Positions 21,031 to 33,900 of a stretch of 64,000 nt of DNA are shown piece after piece. Location: assembly GCA_976226885.1 (NCBI GenBank), contig OZ320314.1:37014001-37078000 (forward strand). Direction: 5' to 3'. The notes under the pieces are model-generated. The model worked only from the letters and a program-made list of their open reading frames with translations. It was not told the origin of the DNA and made no database searches. The position numbers and the translations under genes are program-made. The stretch is from Iphione sp. A-MEVVRFRX5 (Eukaryota). Each line of letters opens with the position of its first letter. Position 1 is the stretch's first letter.

Positions 21031-22324
21031 ATCTCTCTTACTCTAGAGAATGAGAGAGAGAGACAGAGAGGACACACCCATGTATGCACGGAAACTGGGT
21101 CTCAATGCTGTCCAGAAAATATGCCCACTTTCTGCACTTGACATGCAGTATGCAGACAAATCTGGACATATGAAAACTGGGCCTTAGTGTTTGCTCAATT
21201 TTGACTAGGATTCAGTCATTATATCATGGAAACAATGATGAACGGTCAGCATATTGTTTTTCATTCATAATTATGTAATACAGATTCAGTTATTGTTAGG
21301 TGGCGGATACATTTAAAGGCTGTTGCTGTTTATTGAATGAAGCGAATATATAGCAGTTCACAATTTGTAGAGCAGTGTGCCAATATCATCATTATCCAAA
21401 CTACACCTCGAGTTTTAGGGCTAACATTTGTTTCACTATATAGTACTTGTCGGTAGGTGCCCTGCATGTTGCATCCATAACTCGGTTAGAATTTCCTTAG
21501 TTCTTTCAGCTTTAGGTCTAGTGGAAACTTGTAAAATAGAACACAGCCTTAGTGAAGTAGATAAGGCTTCTCTTAAAACTTGAAGTTCTCACTTGACTGA
21601 TACTGATAGTTGATAGACTACATCTTCCACATTTTTCATACCTTAACCTATTTCATAATGTTCCTTCTGAGAACAGAGAGAATTATGTATTATGTTTCAC
21701 AAATCATTATGCATGGTAATTATTTTCAATCACCTGAATATTACCCTTGTACATTTTAGATATTGAGCTAGTCTGTATCTAGGTATGTCAATTATTATAA
21801 AAGAGATTTTATGGAGGGGTCTTATGAGAGGAGTGAAAAGTAGTTTCAACTTTACTATGGAAACAGTTGCCAGCTTCATGGGTGAACTACAAAGCTTACA
21901 CATAACTTAAGTGTAGAGCCAAGCCAAGCCGAAATATTTCAGATATTGTTGTGGACGCCCAGACACCACCAGAACATGCATATGGAAACACAGACAGAAA
22001 GGGGCCCCTCCAGAATGGATAATATAGTTGTCTATAGAATCGTGGTTTAGAAACAAGTGTTGTCTCTACTCTGTCCTGACAAACTGGCTGATATTCTAAC
22101 AAATATTGCAACAGATATTTCATGTACTCAGGTTTACGTGCATTTCCATAATTTTCCAAAAAGTAGTGTGCATATCACTGAGCATGCCTTTATAGGGAGA
22201 AAATAGGTAGGTACCGGTATGCAATGAACTGTTTTATCATCATGAATATTTTGCTTAAATCAGACCTTGGTCTTATAATATTCTTAAAATTACTGGGTAG
22301 AAATGACACATTTTGACTCAATCA

Positions 22325-22483
22325 CAGGCCCGGAGCCAGGAAGTTTTTTTGGGGGTATCAGAAGATACCCCAGATACCATACAGTTGGAACTAACTTATT
22401 TTTACCTCTATGGAAGCCTGTTGGCATCAATGTTTCGGGGGGTATTGGATGATACCCCCAATACCCCTTTGGCTACGGGCCTG
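22325..22483. mobile_element. Short non-autonomous TIR element (hAT-like termini)
   Basis: CAGGCCCGGAGCCA ... TGGCTACGGGCCTG, a 14-bp TIR with 1 mismatch; no clean TSD. Confidence 0.65.
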
Positions 22484-24366
22484 CAAGCATACATGAAGCA
22501 CAAACAACTGCAACATGATGAAAATCGACAGTCACCGTTCTAAAACAGGCATGACCCGCAATATATGAGACCAACAGAGTTGGAAAAAGAGACACTCGTA
22601 ATGGAGGAAGTACAGAATATTAAACAGAAACGGAATAGATTTTCAAACGAACATCAGATGTGGATAACAAGGAATTTATTTCAATGTAATTGTAATTTTG
22701 TTTTAAGATAACAATGTATTGAAACAGAACAGATCTGTTAAATTATTGCCACTTTCAGTAAGCTGGTGTTAATTGTTGTAACTATAGGGACCTATACTCT
22801 TAGATATCAATACTATTTTATCTTTTCAGCAAACATCATTAAAATGTTTAGAACGTGTCAGACACCTTGAAATATGTTAATGCATTTATTATTACTGGCA
22901 CATTTAGGCGTTCATGGTTACGAAAACATCAACATCTATAAAACGTGTTAGACAAAAAGTGTTTAATTCTAACACTTGTTTTTACAATGTACGCCAATGG
23001 AAACTGTATGAACAATACTGTTTCACTAGACTGATTCAGTATCACTCAGTAATGGATATAATGCTTAATGTAAAAGCACTCAAAATATTTGAGAAAATCA
23101 GGTAAACTGCACAATCTATATAGTTTGACTCAAAGTAGTGGTCATACCTAACATGGGCATAGCAGATTTATATTTGTCTACACTTCTGTCACCGAGAGTT
23201 TAAGATGACAGCATCAGCTCGGTTAGTTTTTATCTATGATAAGACCGTTGGTTTCGGTTTTGCAAGTACAGCAAGAGTTCATCCAACAGGATCCAAACAC
23301 ATGTTTTTCTTGACCCATCCTCAGACAAATTCCCGAAGATAACCGATATGATAGATTTATGATGCTAGTTTGGGTCTGAATATCTTTCTGATATCTATCA
23401 CAACAATACATATCCGGTGAAGGATGCTTGTATCACTATGCTACCGGAAATGGTAGCTGTAGATCAGTCATTGTTAACAAGTGAGCGTTTGGTAGTCCAT
23501 TGAAATTCAGACTGGTACCCTACGCCCTCATTAGGAGGGACTACGTCAGGGCCACGTTATTAGCCACGATAATTTTTGTGAGCAGTAGGAAATCAGATCA
23601 CTCTAGTTTTTCATCTATTCAGACCAAGGAAGATATATGGAAATTTAGATAACGCGCGGAGTCAGGAATACGCTTAGAGGAGACATTTCGTTGGGTTTAG
23701 CTGTGCCTGGGAAAATCATCCTTAAATATACAGTCATGAAATTCCATAGTCTTGAAACTTTTAGCCATTCGGCATGAGAATGCTACAAAACAAGCGTCAA
23801 GCCTCTGTTGAAGTATATCCAGTTATAAAGGCTTAAATAACAATCACATCGCTAAAGGTATGATCGAGGTAACCTTGTAAGGTTTTCTTTATTCCATGTT
23901 CACGCACTTCATATCTGTTCTTCTTGACTTAGATGTGAGACAATCGTGTAGAAAATAACAGGTGGAATAAAGGAAGCAATTCTATGTTGATTCAGATAGA
24001 GAAGGATTGTAGACTGAGAGAACACTATCATGACATGCACAAAATTTCATATTTTCAGCAGAGAAATTCAGGGGTAGTCTGTGCTATGCTCAATTGTATT
24101 GATGTAATTCCTCGATACACCATGCACCAATCTGTATTCTTGTTTGTGATTATCATATTAGAATATAATTGTTTTAATATGGACCAGTTTTACTAAATAG
24201 CACGGTATATATTTTTATGAGATAATGCTATAGGTACCGTTATCTGCTGCATCCAGCCGGTTCCCACCTTACATCATACTTGCGTGGCCTGTCGTTCAGC
24301 TGGTGAACTTTTCTATACCAATTGACTAATCAATTAACAATGGCATAGAGTGACTGGTCAGAAAGT

Positions 24367-27343
24367 TTAAGTGCCTTTTGCTCTTCGCAAACAGCCATCA
24401 GTTCCCAAGTGGGAGGAATGTATCTTCTCCTTCAACGTCTGGTGCTCACTCTTTGGAATGACGATCCTCTCACCCCTAAAGACTAGTCCATCATGGACTG
24501 CCATTTCATCACTCATGGAGTAGTATGGGTGCACAATTGGTGGGGCCTGTGCTTTCTCACTGGGCCATCCTTCCAGGATGACCTGCTTAAGGGCAGTCAT
24601 TGTCGGATCGACCTCGGTTGCCTTCCGTATTGCCTCAATTCGGGATTCTGTCATGGCAACATACTTGGTTGCATTGACATTCTCAAACTCTTCATGTCGT
24701 CCTTCCGTAGTCTGTCGATAAGCTCGAGATAGGGTGTCTCTTTGCCGGGAGTATAGGAGACGGTCACCTCATACTGCTGCAGCCTCATCAGCATGCCTTG
24801 TAGGCGCTTTGGTGCATTTGCCAAAGACTTCTTCATGATGTTCTGCAGTGGTTTGTGATCTGACATCACACTGACAGAGCGGCCAAATGTGTATTGGTGA
24901 AACTTCTCTGCACTCCACACTATTGCTAACATCTCCTTCTCGATTTGGGCGTATCGAACTTCTGTATCTGTGAGGGCTCGGCTTGCAAATGCTATCGGCT
25001 GACCCTCCTGCAGAAGAGCTGCGCCCAGTCCAGTCTTGCTCGCATCACATTGGATAGTGAGTTCCTTCTTGGGATCGTAATAACGGAGGACTGGCGCCTC
25101 ACTCACTAGCCTCTTCACTTGTCTCAGTGCCTTGTCTTGCGCACCGGCCCCATTCCATGGGACATCTTTCCTCGTCAGTTGTCTGATCGGCTCCATGGCA
25201 TCAGACAGTCTAGGTAGGAACCTTGCGAGGTAGTTAACGAATCCATTCAGGCGTTGCACACCCTCCACATCGCTCGGTTGCTGCATCTGTTTCACAGCCT
25301 CCACTTTTGCAGGGTCCGGCTTCAGGCCTTCACTCGTGATCAGATGTCCTAGAAATGTTACTGACTTCTGTCTTAACTTCATTTTCTCTGCATTCAGTCG
25401 TATACCGACATCCTGACATCTCTGCAACAGCTGTACAAGCTTGCGATCATGGTCCTTGCTGGATTCCTCTTCTGTCTGGCCTTTACCGTAGACCATCAGA
25501 TCATCAGCCACACATATCACACCCTCTAAATCCTGGATGCAGCTGTGTAGCTTCCTGGCAAAGATCTCTGATGATACGCTTGTCCCGAAAGGCAATCTCA
25601 ACCATCGGTATTGGCCATGTGGGGTGGCAAAAGTAGTCAGGTATGATGACTCTTCGTCCAGCATCACATGCCAGTATCCGGACTTCAGGTCCATGGTGGA
25701 GATGATCTTTGCCTCGGATAACTCTGGGAGCACATCATTCAATGTGCAGAGCGGGAAATGCTTCCTCTTCAGTGCCTTGTTCAAGGGTCCGGGATCAATG
25801 CAGATCCGCAGGTCACCGTTTTTCTTTGTTGCAACGACCATGGCACTCACCCATTCTGTCGGCTCTTGCACAGGCTTGATCACCCCTTTTGTTATCAGAG
25901 AGTCAAGTTCAGCCTTGATCCTGTGCCTTAATGCCACTGGCATGCGCCTACATGGAGACACTGTAGGGGTCACAGTGGTGTCCACGCGTAGCGTCGCAGT
26001 GCCAGGTAGATTCCCAATTGTGTCTTCAAAAACGTCTTCATATTTCTTTTCACTGCCGCAACCCTCTCAAAATTCTCCGTGTTCACTGAGATGAGGCCCA
26101 TCTTCTGGCTTGCGGATACTCCGAGGACTGGCATGAGGTTGTCATCTTCCACCACCACAAATTTGACAGAGTGCTGGTCATTGCTCACAGGGTTAATGAC
26201 CTCTAGGATGCACTCCCCGATCGGATGCTTCAGGCTCCTGTCCCACATCTCCAGTGTGCTTGTTGGCGGATCAAGCTTAGCCTTCTTGACATGCTTGAGT
26301 GGAATGAGGTTCACTGATGCACCAGAGTCTACTTGGAACTTGACTGGTTTTCCAGCCACTGTCATCTTTGCATAGATGAGTTTTTTTAGACGGCCCTTCA
26401 CACTGTTGACCTTGCTCACTCCATTTATTTCATATTCATCACTGTCGGTTTCTTCAGAGTCTTCCTGATCTACGGCATTCACTTTCTTCTTGCTCTTCTT
26501 GCACACAACAGCAAAGTGGTTTCGTCCGCCGCAATCATTGCACTGGCTCCCCCAGGCTGGACATGACTCCTTCTTGTACTCATGTTTCTGGCCACAGAAC
26601 TTGCAGGTTCTGCTCTTCCGGCTCTTTGGTTTGTCCTTGTCTACCTTCCCTGATCCCTTCTCGCGCTTTGACTTTGGCTTTGGTTTCGACCTTGGCCTCA
26701 CACCATGGACTTCATCTCCTCCCTTGGTGTTCATCTGTTTCATCTTGGCCCCTGCAGCTTCATTCGCTCGGCAGATGTCAATGCAGCGGTTTAGGGTAAG
26801 GTCCTGTATCTCCAGTAGCTTTTTTCGGGTCTCGTCGTCTCGGATCCCCATCACGAGTCGATCACGTAGAAGTGTGTCGGTCAGGCAGTCACAAAAGTTA
26901 CAACTTTTTCTCAGGTAGCGCAAAGCTGTGACGTAGGCATCAAAGTTCTCATCCGTGGCCTGCTGTCTTCCGTTGAACTTGTATCATTCATATGTCTCGT
27001 TCAGTTGCCCGATGATATGCTGATCAAACTTTGCTATTATCTGCTGTACCGTGCGATCGTCTTCATTGGCTTCGTCCTTGAATGCAAACCCGTTATACAC
27101 ACGCAATGCCTCGGGTCCGATTGAGTTCAAAAACATTGCGGTTTGATATTTTCTCTGTTGTGTGTCTAAATTGGAGATTATGGCATAGTTTCTCCACTGC
27201 TGTTTCCACAGGTTCCAATTTTCGACTTTCCCAGCCTGTAAATCTAGGTGCCCTGGGGCCTTTATCCCTGGTATGAATTTGGCATGTGCTGCTTCAGCAC
27301 CTCCGGCCCTGGCTCCCTCTCCTTGCTCCTGGTTCCCCGGCAT
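24367..27343 (-). pseudogene. gag-pol pseudogene
   Basis: ORF pieces 26984-27343, 25970-26923, 24651-25985 and 24367-24654 join into one polyprotein once the stop and frameshifts are corrected. Confidence 0.88.
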
Positions 27344-27656
27344 GGCAACTTACTTACTCACTGACCGTGGTTTGTATTGTGACTAACGGGCACAACTGAC
27401 TAACCAGTGCTGGCTTGGTAAATACAGGTAAAACTTCTGTCTAGCTGTTTTAACAGGGAATAATAATCGTGGAACCCTCTCTCAGGGTGGCAGTTACACA
27501 GTAGAGTTACTCTTCTCGGGATAGGAGCTGGGTTGAGCACATGGCATGGCTTCTGGCTTCAGGCCCTCTGCCACACAACAGCCTTTCCTCACTCTCTTAA
27601 CAGAAGAAATAGAAAAAGCTTCCTACTCACAGTTTCTTCATGCCCTTCCCAGTCCT

Positions 27657-27674
27657 TTTACCTCACTGCCACCA
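27657..27674 (-). other. Primer binding site candidate
   Basis: TGGTGGCAG immediately after the LTR end (ACA); complementary to tRNA 3' ends of the ...CUGCCACCA type (tRNA-Leu-like). Confidence 0.65.
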
Positions 27675-27783
27675 TGTTGTATTCTCTTAAATGATGCTAG
27701 AGTAACTTAAGAGAAGAGTGATTCAGTGAGAGAGTACACACAGAGTGATGACATCATCAGATCACGTATGTAAACATGTAACA
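27675..27783 (-). repeat. Short (109 bp) 5' LTR
   Basis: TGTTA...CAACA termini adjacent to the PBS; no partner LTR in the window. Confidence 0.6.
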
Positions 27784-28038
27784 GCTTGGACATAGTCCAA
27801 GCCCGAGGCTTGAGGCACTTAAACTTTTGACTAGTCACAAAATAAAGTTGTTAATCGCTGTTCTGACACGGCTTTGATTGAAACTAACCTTTTGTAGGCC
27901 TAAAATTCTCCATATCTTGTCTATTTGGATGTGAGTCGAGTGATAGCAGGCATGTTTACCTTTACCACCATTTTCAATGAACGCAGTGTGCATGCTTGAC
28001 ATAGTTTTTGAGGTAGACTTCCTGTTTTACCCTGGCAG

Positions 28039-29385
28039 GACGCCGTTGAGAAAAATATCTTGAATAAATTGAATTATAAGTCGAAGAACATTCTACAGAT
28101 GTAAGACAGGTGTGTTTCTCTTTTCTGTCTTATTTTCACTTAAAACGGTCAATATTCTCCATAATTCAAGCTTAACAAGTCGAGTCGGTACCCATTTGCC
28201 ATTTTGTTCTGCGTAGAATCAAAGATATATACACATCTTTCTATCCAATGAGAAGGCCGTTACATAGGTTGGGATGACCTTTTCCCATGGGATTTGTCGC
28301 AGGTTCAAAGACGCTTTTGGGACATTGTAAGTATAGGAGTTTCACTCTCAACCATGGTAGAACAGCCATCCATCCTATGTAACTTCACATAGAATGAATG
28401 TGTTTATGTAATATATGCTTAGTCAGTCTCTTAGACACTTTTAGTTTCATTTTCATATGTTAACTATGACATTAACATTCAACCCTCTTGTAGCTGTCCC
28501 ATCATGTTTTCCTTGGGCAGCATACTATCATCTAGTACTAAGAACCGATAGACCAGAATTCCAAGGGTTTTCACCTACTCTTATTTAATAGGTGTGACCA
28601 GCCATGCAAACGGGATATTACAGTGTAAACCTATGGAAACTAAAAAGCATTTTGGGATATCATTCAGTGCAAAGATTGTGTAAATACTCTTTCTAGATCC
28701 TGAGGTATCTCAATACAAAGTTGATATAACTGACCTTTCATAAGATGTAAGTAAATGTTTAATGCATTTCTTGACACTCTATAATGAAAACATCTAGATG
28801 CTGTAAAATATGTATATTAATCTTAAAATCTCATTCTTACACAGGATCATTTCTAGAAAGGATATTTTTAAAAAGGTTTCAGTTCTTGACAGGACATTTT
28901 TCATATTTTTGCATTATATAGGAATTTAAAATAATCCTCAAATTTTATCACTATGGTAACCTAAGGTATATATTTATGTAAATGATCTCATTTACATATC
29001 TGATCACATGACTCAAAATGACTTCATAAGGAATAAGAATTTACCAAAACTAATTTTGCAAAAGATTCTATATGAAGAATTAGTAAAAAGAGTTTTTTAT
29101 TACTAGATTTCTATTTTCTTCATTTTTAGGTCTCTAGTATGGTTATTTTGCATTTTGACTTTAATGCATTGGATACACCTTTTCCAATGGCTGGTCGCAG
29201 GATTTGGGGTCCTTTATGCATAGGGGGCAGAGACCTATACAGCTATGGCCTTGGTGACAAGTTGTGGTCAATGCTAGGGTAGGATGACAGTTAATCATGA
29301 GAAATGTCACCTTACTCAACTGAGCAGGGGCAATGTTCAGTTAATGTGTCTGTTCTTCTATAGCAAGAATACTAAATGGCGCTAA
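28039..29385 (+). other. Candidate last three exons of an unidentified host gene (28039-28100, 28303-28326, 29364-29385)
   Basis: Canonical AG/GT boundaries with compatible phases give DAVEKNILNKLNYKSKNILQMFKDAFGTFKNTKWR-stop. No recognisable homology. Confidence 0.3.
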
Positions 29386-29758
29386 ATGGCTCCACCAGTT
29401 TCTCGTTTAGTTTTATACAGTATTCAGCCTTTCAATTCAATTAGAAAAGTAAGAATATGTCTACATTCAAATCAACTCAGGTCATTTTAAGTTTATTGAC
29501 ATATCATGTAAATATTGTACATTGTATTTCTTCAAAATTTTCTTGAAGAGGAAGCTGGATTCAGAGTGTCAGGTCATATTTTCCCCACCAACAGAAGGCA
29601 CAGAAAAATTCACTCAACATTTTATACTTTTTCACACAATGTAGCAGGGGGATGGAAACATGAAGACTAACCACATCAGAAATATATTATCTAATGACTG
29701 ATATTTTTCACCACAGCTCTCTCAGCCCCACAGGTCACTGATCTGTTGGAAGTTTGGG

Positions 29759-30933
29759 TTAGGCCAAAACAAAAAATAGGTGTGTTTCTGGTTACCCATC
29801 CCTACCTAGAAAAACCTCACCATACCTAAAATCTTTTTGGCCTCAAATAGTCCCTAAGCCTGAAATTCCTTAGATGCATGTTTTCACAGTACTATGTTTT
29901 CATTACCATATTTTCTCAGGTGGTCGGATGGGTTTTCATAGCAGAGGACATCATCTGCATGGTAATTTTATGTGCATGTTTTCAGAAAACTCTGTGGAAA
30001 AAACAACAAAATCCATGCAAATGTTTGAAAAAAAACTGTAAAATTCAGTAAGAAAACTAGAAGAAAAAGGAAAATTTCATCTAAACTGGACCAGAAAAAA
30101 ATATACTTCATGTAAATTCAGCTGAAAAATTGCAACCCTCATTAAGTCTTTATTGAAAAATGGTAAAATCTATGCACATTTGGCAGAAGAATAGCAAAAC
30201 TGCTGAGCAGATGTGAGGATAAGTGAGCAAATGTGAAGAAATATCTTGTTTTTTTTACATGAAACAACAAGGCTATTTCAATTTTAATTTTCCTAAACTG
30301 CAGTACAAAAAATGTGTACATGACAATGAAAAATAGGAACCTCCAATCCAAAAACATTGCAGCAAGCACATAAAAACAGGCCACACCATACACACTTCAT
30401 GGTACATATGTATTTATAAGGAAACAGTCATGGTATCATCCATAGTTCCTAAAAATACACACTATCACAGCTGTGAAAACACACACCTAAGGAAATTGAC
30501 AATTTGGGTAAGAGATACAGAACAAGGAAAATACATAGGACCAATACAAAATAGACTTTAAATCTTTAAAATTTGGTAAAGCAATGTGAATTATTTACAT
30601 AGAGCAGAAGTAATTTTGTTGGCCTATTCTTGAAAAATGACCTATCAGAACCCCATGTGATGACTCCTCGATTGAATGTTATATTTATTACTGGCTCAAA
30701 TGACAAATGCAGAAAGGAGCAAATCTCTTTTTGGAGAAGTATTAGTCTATGTATCCTATGTATAAGACATGTGACAAATCTGACCCATACAAGGCCTTTT
30801 CCATTTTGTTTTTATTTTTGTTGAAAACCAGATGCAAGGAGGCAAATATATAAAATAACATAATCCCCCCCTCCCTCCCCATGTTTTGGACCGGTTGTAA
30901 CCAGAAACACACCTATTATTTTCTTTGGCCTTA
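29759..30933. mobile_element. Non-autonomous TIR DNA transposon, copy 1
   Basis: ~35-bp TIRs: TTAGGCCAAAACAAAAAATAGGTGTGTTTCTGGTTAC / GTAACCAGAAACACACCTATTATTTTCTTTGGCCTTA. Confidence 0.8.
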
Positions 30934-33900
30934 TGTGAAGTAAGATTACTGATCACGAGTATAATTAACAGAACATTGATCTTGTTCCCTTTTTATTTTT
31001 ATTATTTCAAATGTATACATATTTACATGATAAACGAACCTACTATGTAATAAGTATCGATATACAGCATTTTTAGATTATAACAGAACGACCGCAAACG
31101 TAACTCATATAACTGCCGGAGAATAGAGTTTATTTCAATTAGTTACCTATACATCGACATTAGTCTCACAAAAATAGCATCTCCTATGGAGTTTATGTCT
31201 GTGAATGGAGATATATACATACAATGGAGCCTGCATTTCGAGTTGGGTAGTCAACTCTGTATCTTCATATTAACATCTTTTCGATACTTAGGTTCTATAT
31301 ACCCTCCATAATATTTATTTTTGTTGCCTTCACTGCGCGTTTGATCTATCTGCATGCTAAAAGCTTTGACAGGACTAGCCAATCAGGTTATCACTTTCAA
31401 GGTGTTCATCAGGGTTTGCTCTAAGGTTACCTAGATATGTTTTTTTCTAACTGAAATCATGATACCGATAGCTGGAATCAAGCTTTATCACATCGATGGA
31501 GACGGTTGAACGTTTTAGAATCAAACGGCATGGGTTCTATGAAATACAAAAAAAAGATATAAAAGAAACTGTTTAAATGCTGAGCCACGGGCACGGGGAA
31601 AACAAATTGCAGAAGGAAGTGACGTGTGGCGTATGCGCACTAGCATTCCCGGTCCTGGATCACTGCTGCGTGAGGAGATACGAGTTCATGCTGTCCTCAT
31701 CGAGGATAACAGACCTAACAAGGAAGAACATAAATGTCACGTTAGGAAGAACAAGACATTTCGACCTTGAGAACGAACTTGAGTCGAGATGAGAGGAAGA
31801 GAAGATAGGATAAAATGATTAATGAATGGAAAAAAACGTAGGTAAAGAAGGAGAGAGAACTGCGAAATGAGAGTAACTTCTTCAGTAAAGTAAGACAGTG
31901 ATAGGTTTTGTGGGAATTAATGAACATGCAGTGTAACAATTGTACCTTCTTATGAAAAAGTAGGCTTCATTGCTTTAAACTGCAATTTCTTGAAACGACT
32001 ACGAAATTAAATGAACTTTCAGGCAGCACTAACCTAGTTTGTGTGTGCTCTCTTGTCTACGAACGGGAATGGAATGTCTGTAAAATAATAGTCAATGAAG
32101 ATATTAGACTTCGAAAATACTTCTACACGATGTACATTGTTCAACACTGTGCAGCATCTTCAGAATCACTATTAATTTGTCCTACGTTTACACGTGAGTT
32201 GGGTTTTAAAATAATAGCAAGGATCTGTGAATAATGTTCGGTTAAAATTAGGGTTAGCTGTCTTTTTGAATAACATCCTTGTTAGGGTTTTCAACAAAGA
32301 CGATAAGATGAATAAAAACAGATGAACATTGAACATCTGACAGAATCGATGATACCAATTGTGACACAAATGACGTCATCCCATACAAGAATCAATGGCG
32401 CGAGTATTTCACAAAGAGCAAGAGAGAAACTTGAGAACTGCTGAACACACATCAAAACAAACAAAGAAAGGTCTGGCGAAAGGCCCTTGTTGTCTGATCT
32501 AAAAATTCAGCTTAGAGGCAAGGGCTTCTTCTTTAGTTCTATCAAAACATTCATTTTCTTTCACTTAACTTCCGGATCGCAAATGTCTCAGAAAGTATAA
32601 TCAAGCAGCTTAAGGAAAGAAGATCTATGGTGCTAAATATGACTGAATTGTAGGAGGAGCTGCTATTCAGAGTTTTAGGTCAGTTGTTAATGGAGGGTAA
32701 TAAGGACCTCTTATGAAAATAAAAGTACACGGTGTTTTTGATCCTAAGGCGTTCATTAGCAAGATTCCCAAACATGTTTCTCTAATGGGGGCCTTCTTAG
32801 AGGTTTTAACAGATGTCAAGTTATTTCGTTGGGGGAAATGCCTAGAATTTAAGGTTGAGCAAATCGCTGGTTCAATCAAAGTGGACCACATTTATAATAT
32901 TGTCTTCTTTAGAATGATCGTCTGGAGTTCCCAGGTAATGTTGTATCATGCCCTCTATAACTACAAGTACTTCAAGCTCTTAGGACTGTGAAATCACTGT
33001 TATCTCACGATGGATACATAACAGACGCTACCATCTTATAAGCTGAAAGATTTGAAGTTAAAAGGAGCCTGGGCAGAGAGAACAAGAGAGGCCTAGAGCA
33101 AAGGCTGACAAGGAGACCCAAACAACGGGATCAGTGACAGAGCTCAACACTTGAAGAGATATATCCAGATAGTGAAATAACGAATCATTCTGGTAGTTAT
33201 CAGAAAGACAGACTGATGATTAGATTTTGAGTTAATTTTCAGGAACATTTTAAATTATGGTGAAGACCGTTTGAAATACATAACATACATAACATACGTG
33301 TTGAACACGAGTTGCAAACAATTTTTCATGTCATCTTGCCATTCATCAGCACGCCTTTCAAATGATAATTACCTCATTCAAACCTTGAATAGAGACTAAG
33401 ATTAATAGCACAAAACTGACCACAAAAGTTATGAGTGAAATATGTCAGATAACAAAGAAATGCATAAACATCCATCTGGAAAAGGACATTGCCCCTATTC
33501 AGGTGGATAACATACAGTTCGGTTTTTCACTTACCGTTAGTAAACTGAAAGGTATCATAAGATAATTCAGTTCTATGATGAACATAAAATAATTATGTTG
33601 TTAATGATAATGAGTTTTGAATATAGCTATAATGCAATTAATGCATATCATAAGCTTTTCAGAGGGGCTTCGCATTCCACAAAATGAATGTTTTCCTTCT
33701 TGGTTCGCACCGAATTATACATGCGAAACAGTATAGAATAATATCGGTTTATGAGTTAGGGGGGATTTCGTTCCTTCTAAAAGAGAACCTGCTATTCACG
33801 ACCGTAAATGTGGAACAGAAGCTTAAGAAATATTATTTTTACGTCCTGTCATCACCCGTCCTGACGCAGCGCTGCGCCTTGCTGCGGTTTCCGAATGGTG

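Larger units (their letters stand above)
24367..27783 (-). mobile_element. Decayed Mag-like Ty3/Gypsy element: 5' LTR, PBS, gag-pro-RT-RNaseH, truncated in the integrase zinc-binding region
   Basis: Gag with two CCHC-type knuckles, protease FQVDSGAS, RT VADD, RNase H CDASKTGLG. Nonsense codon at 26984-26986, frameshifts near 26050 and 24740, truncation at ~24367. Confidence 0.9.
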
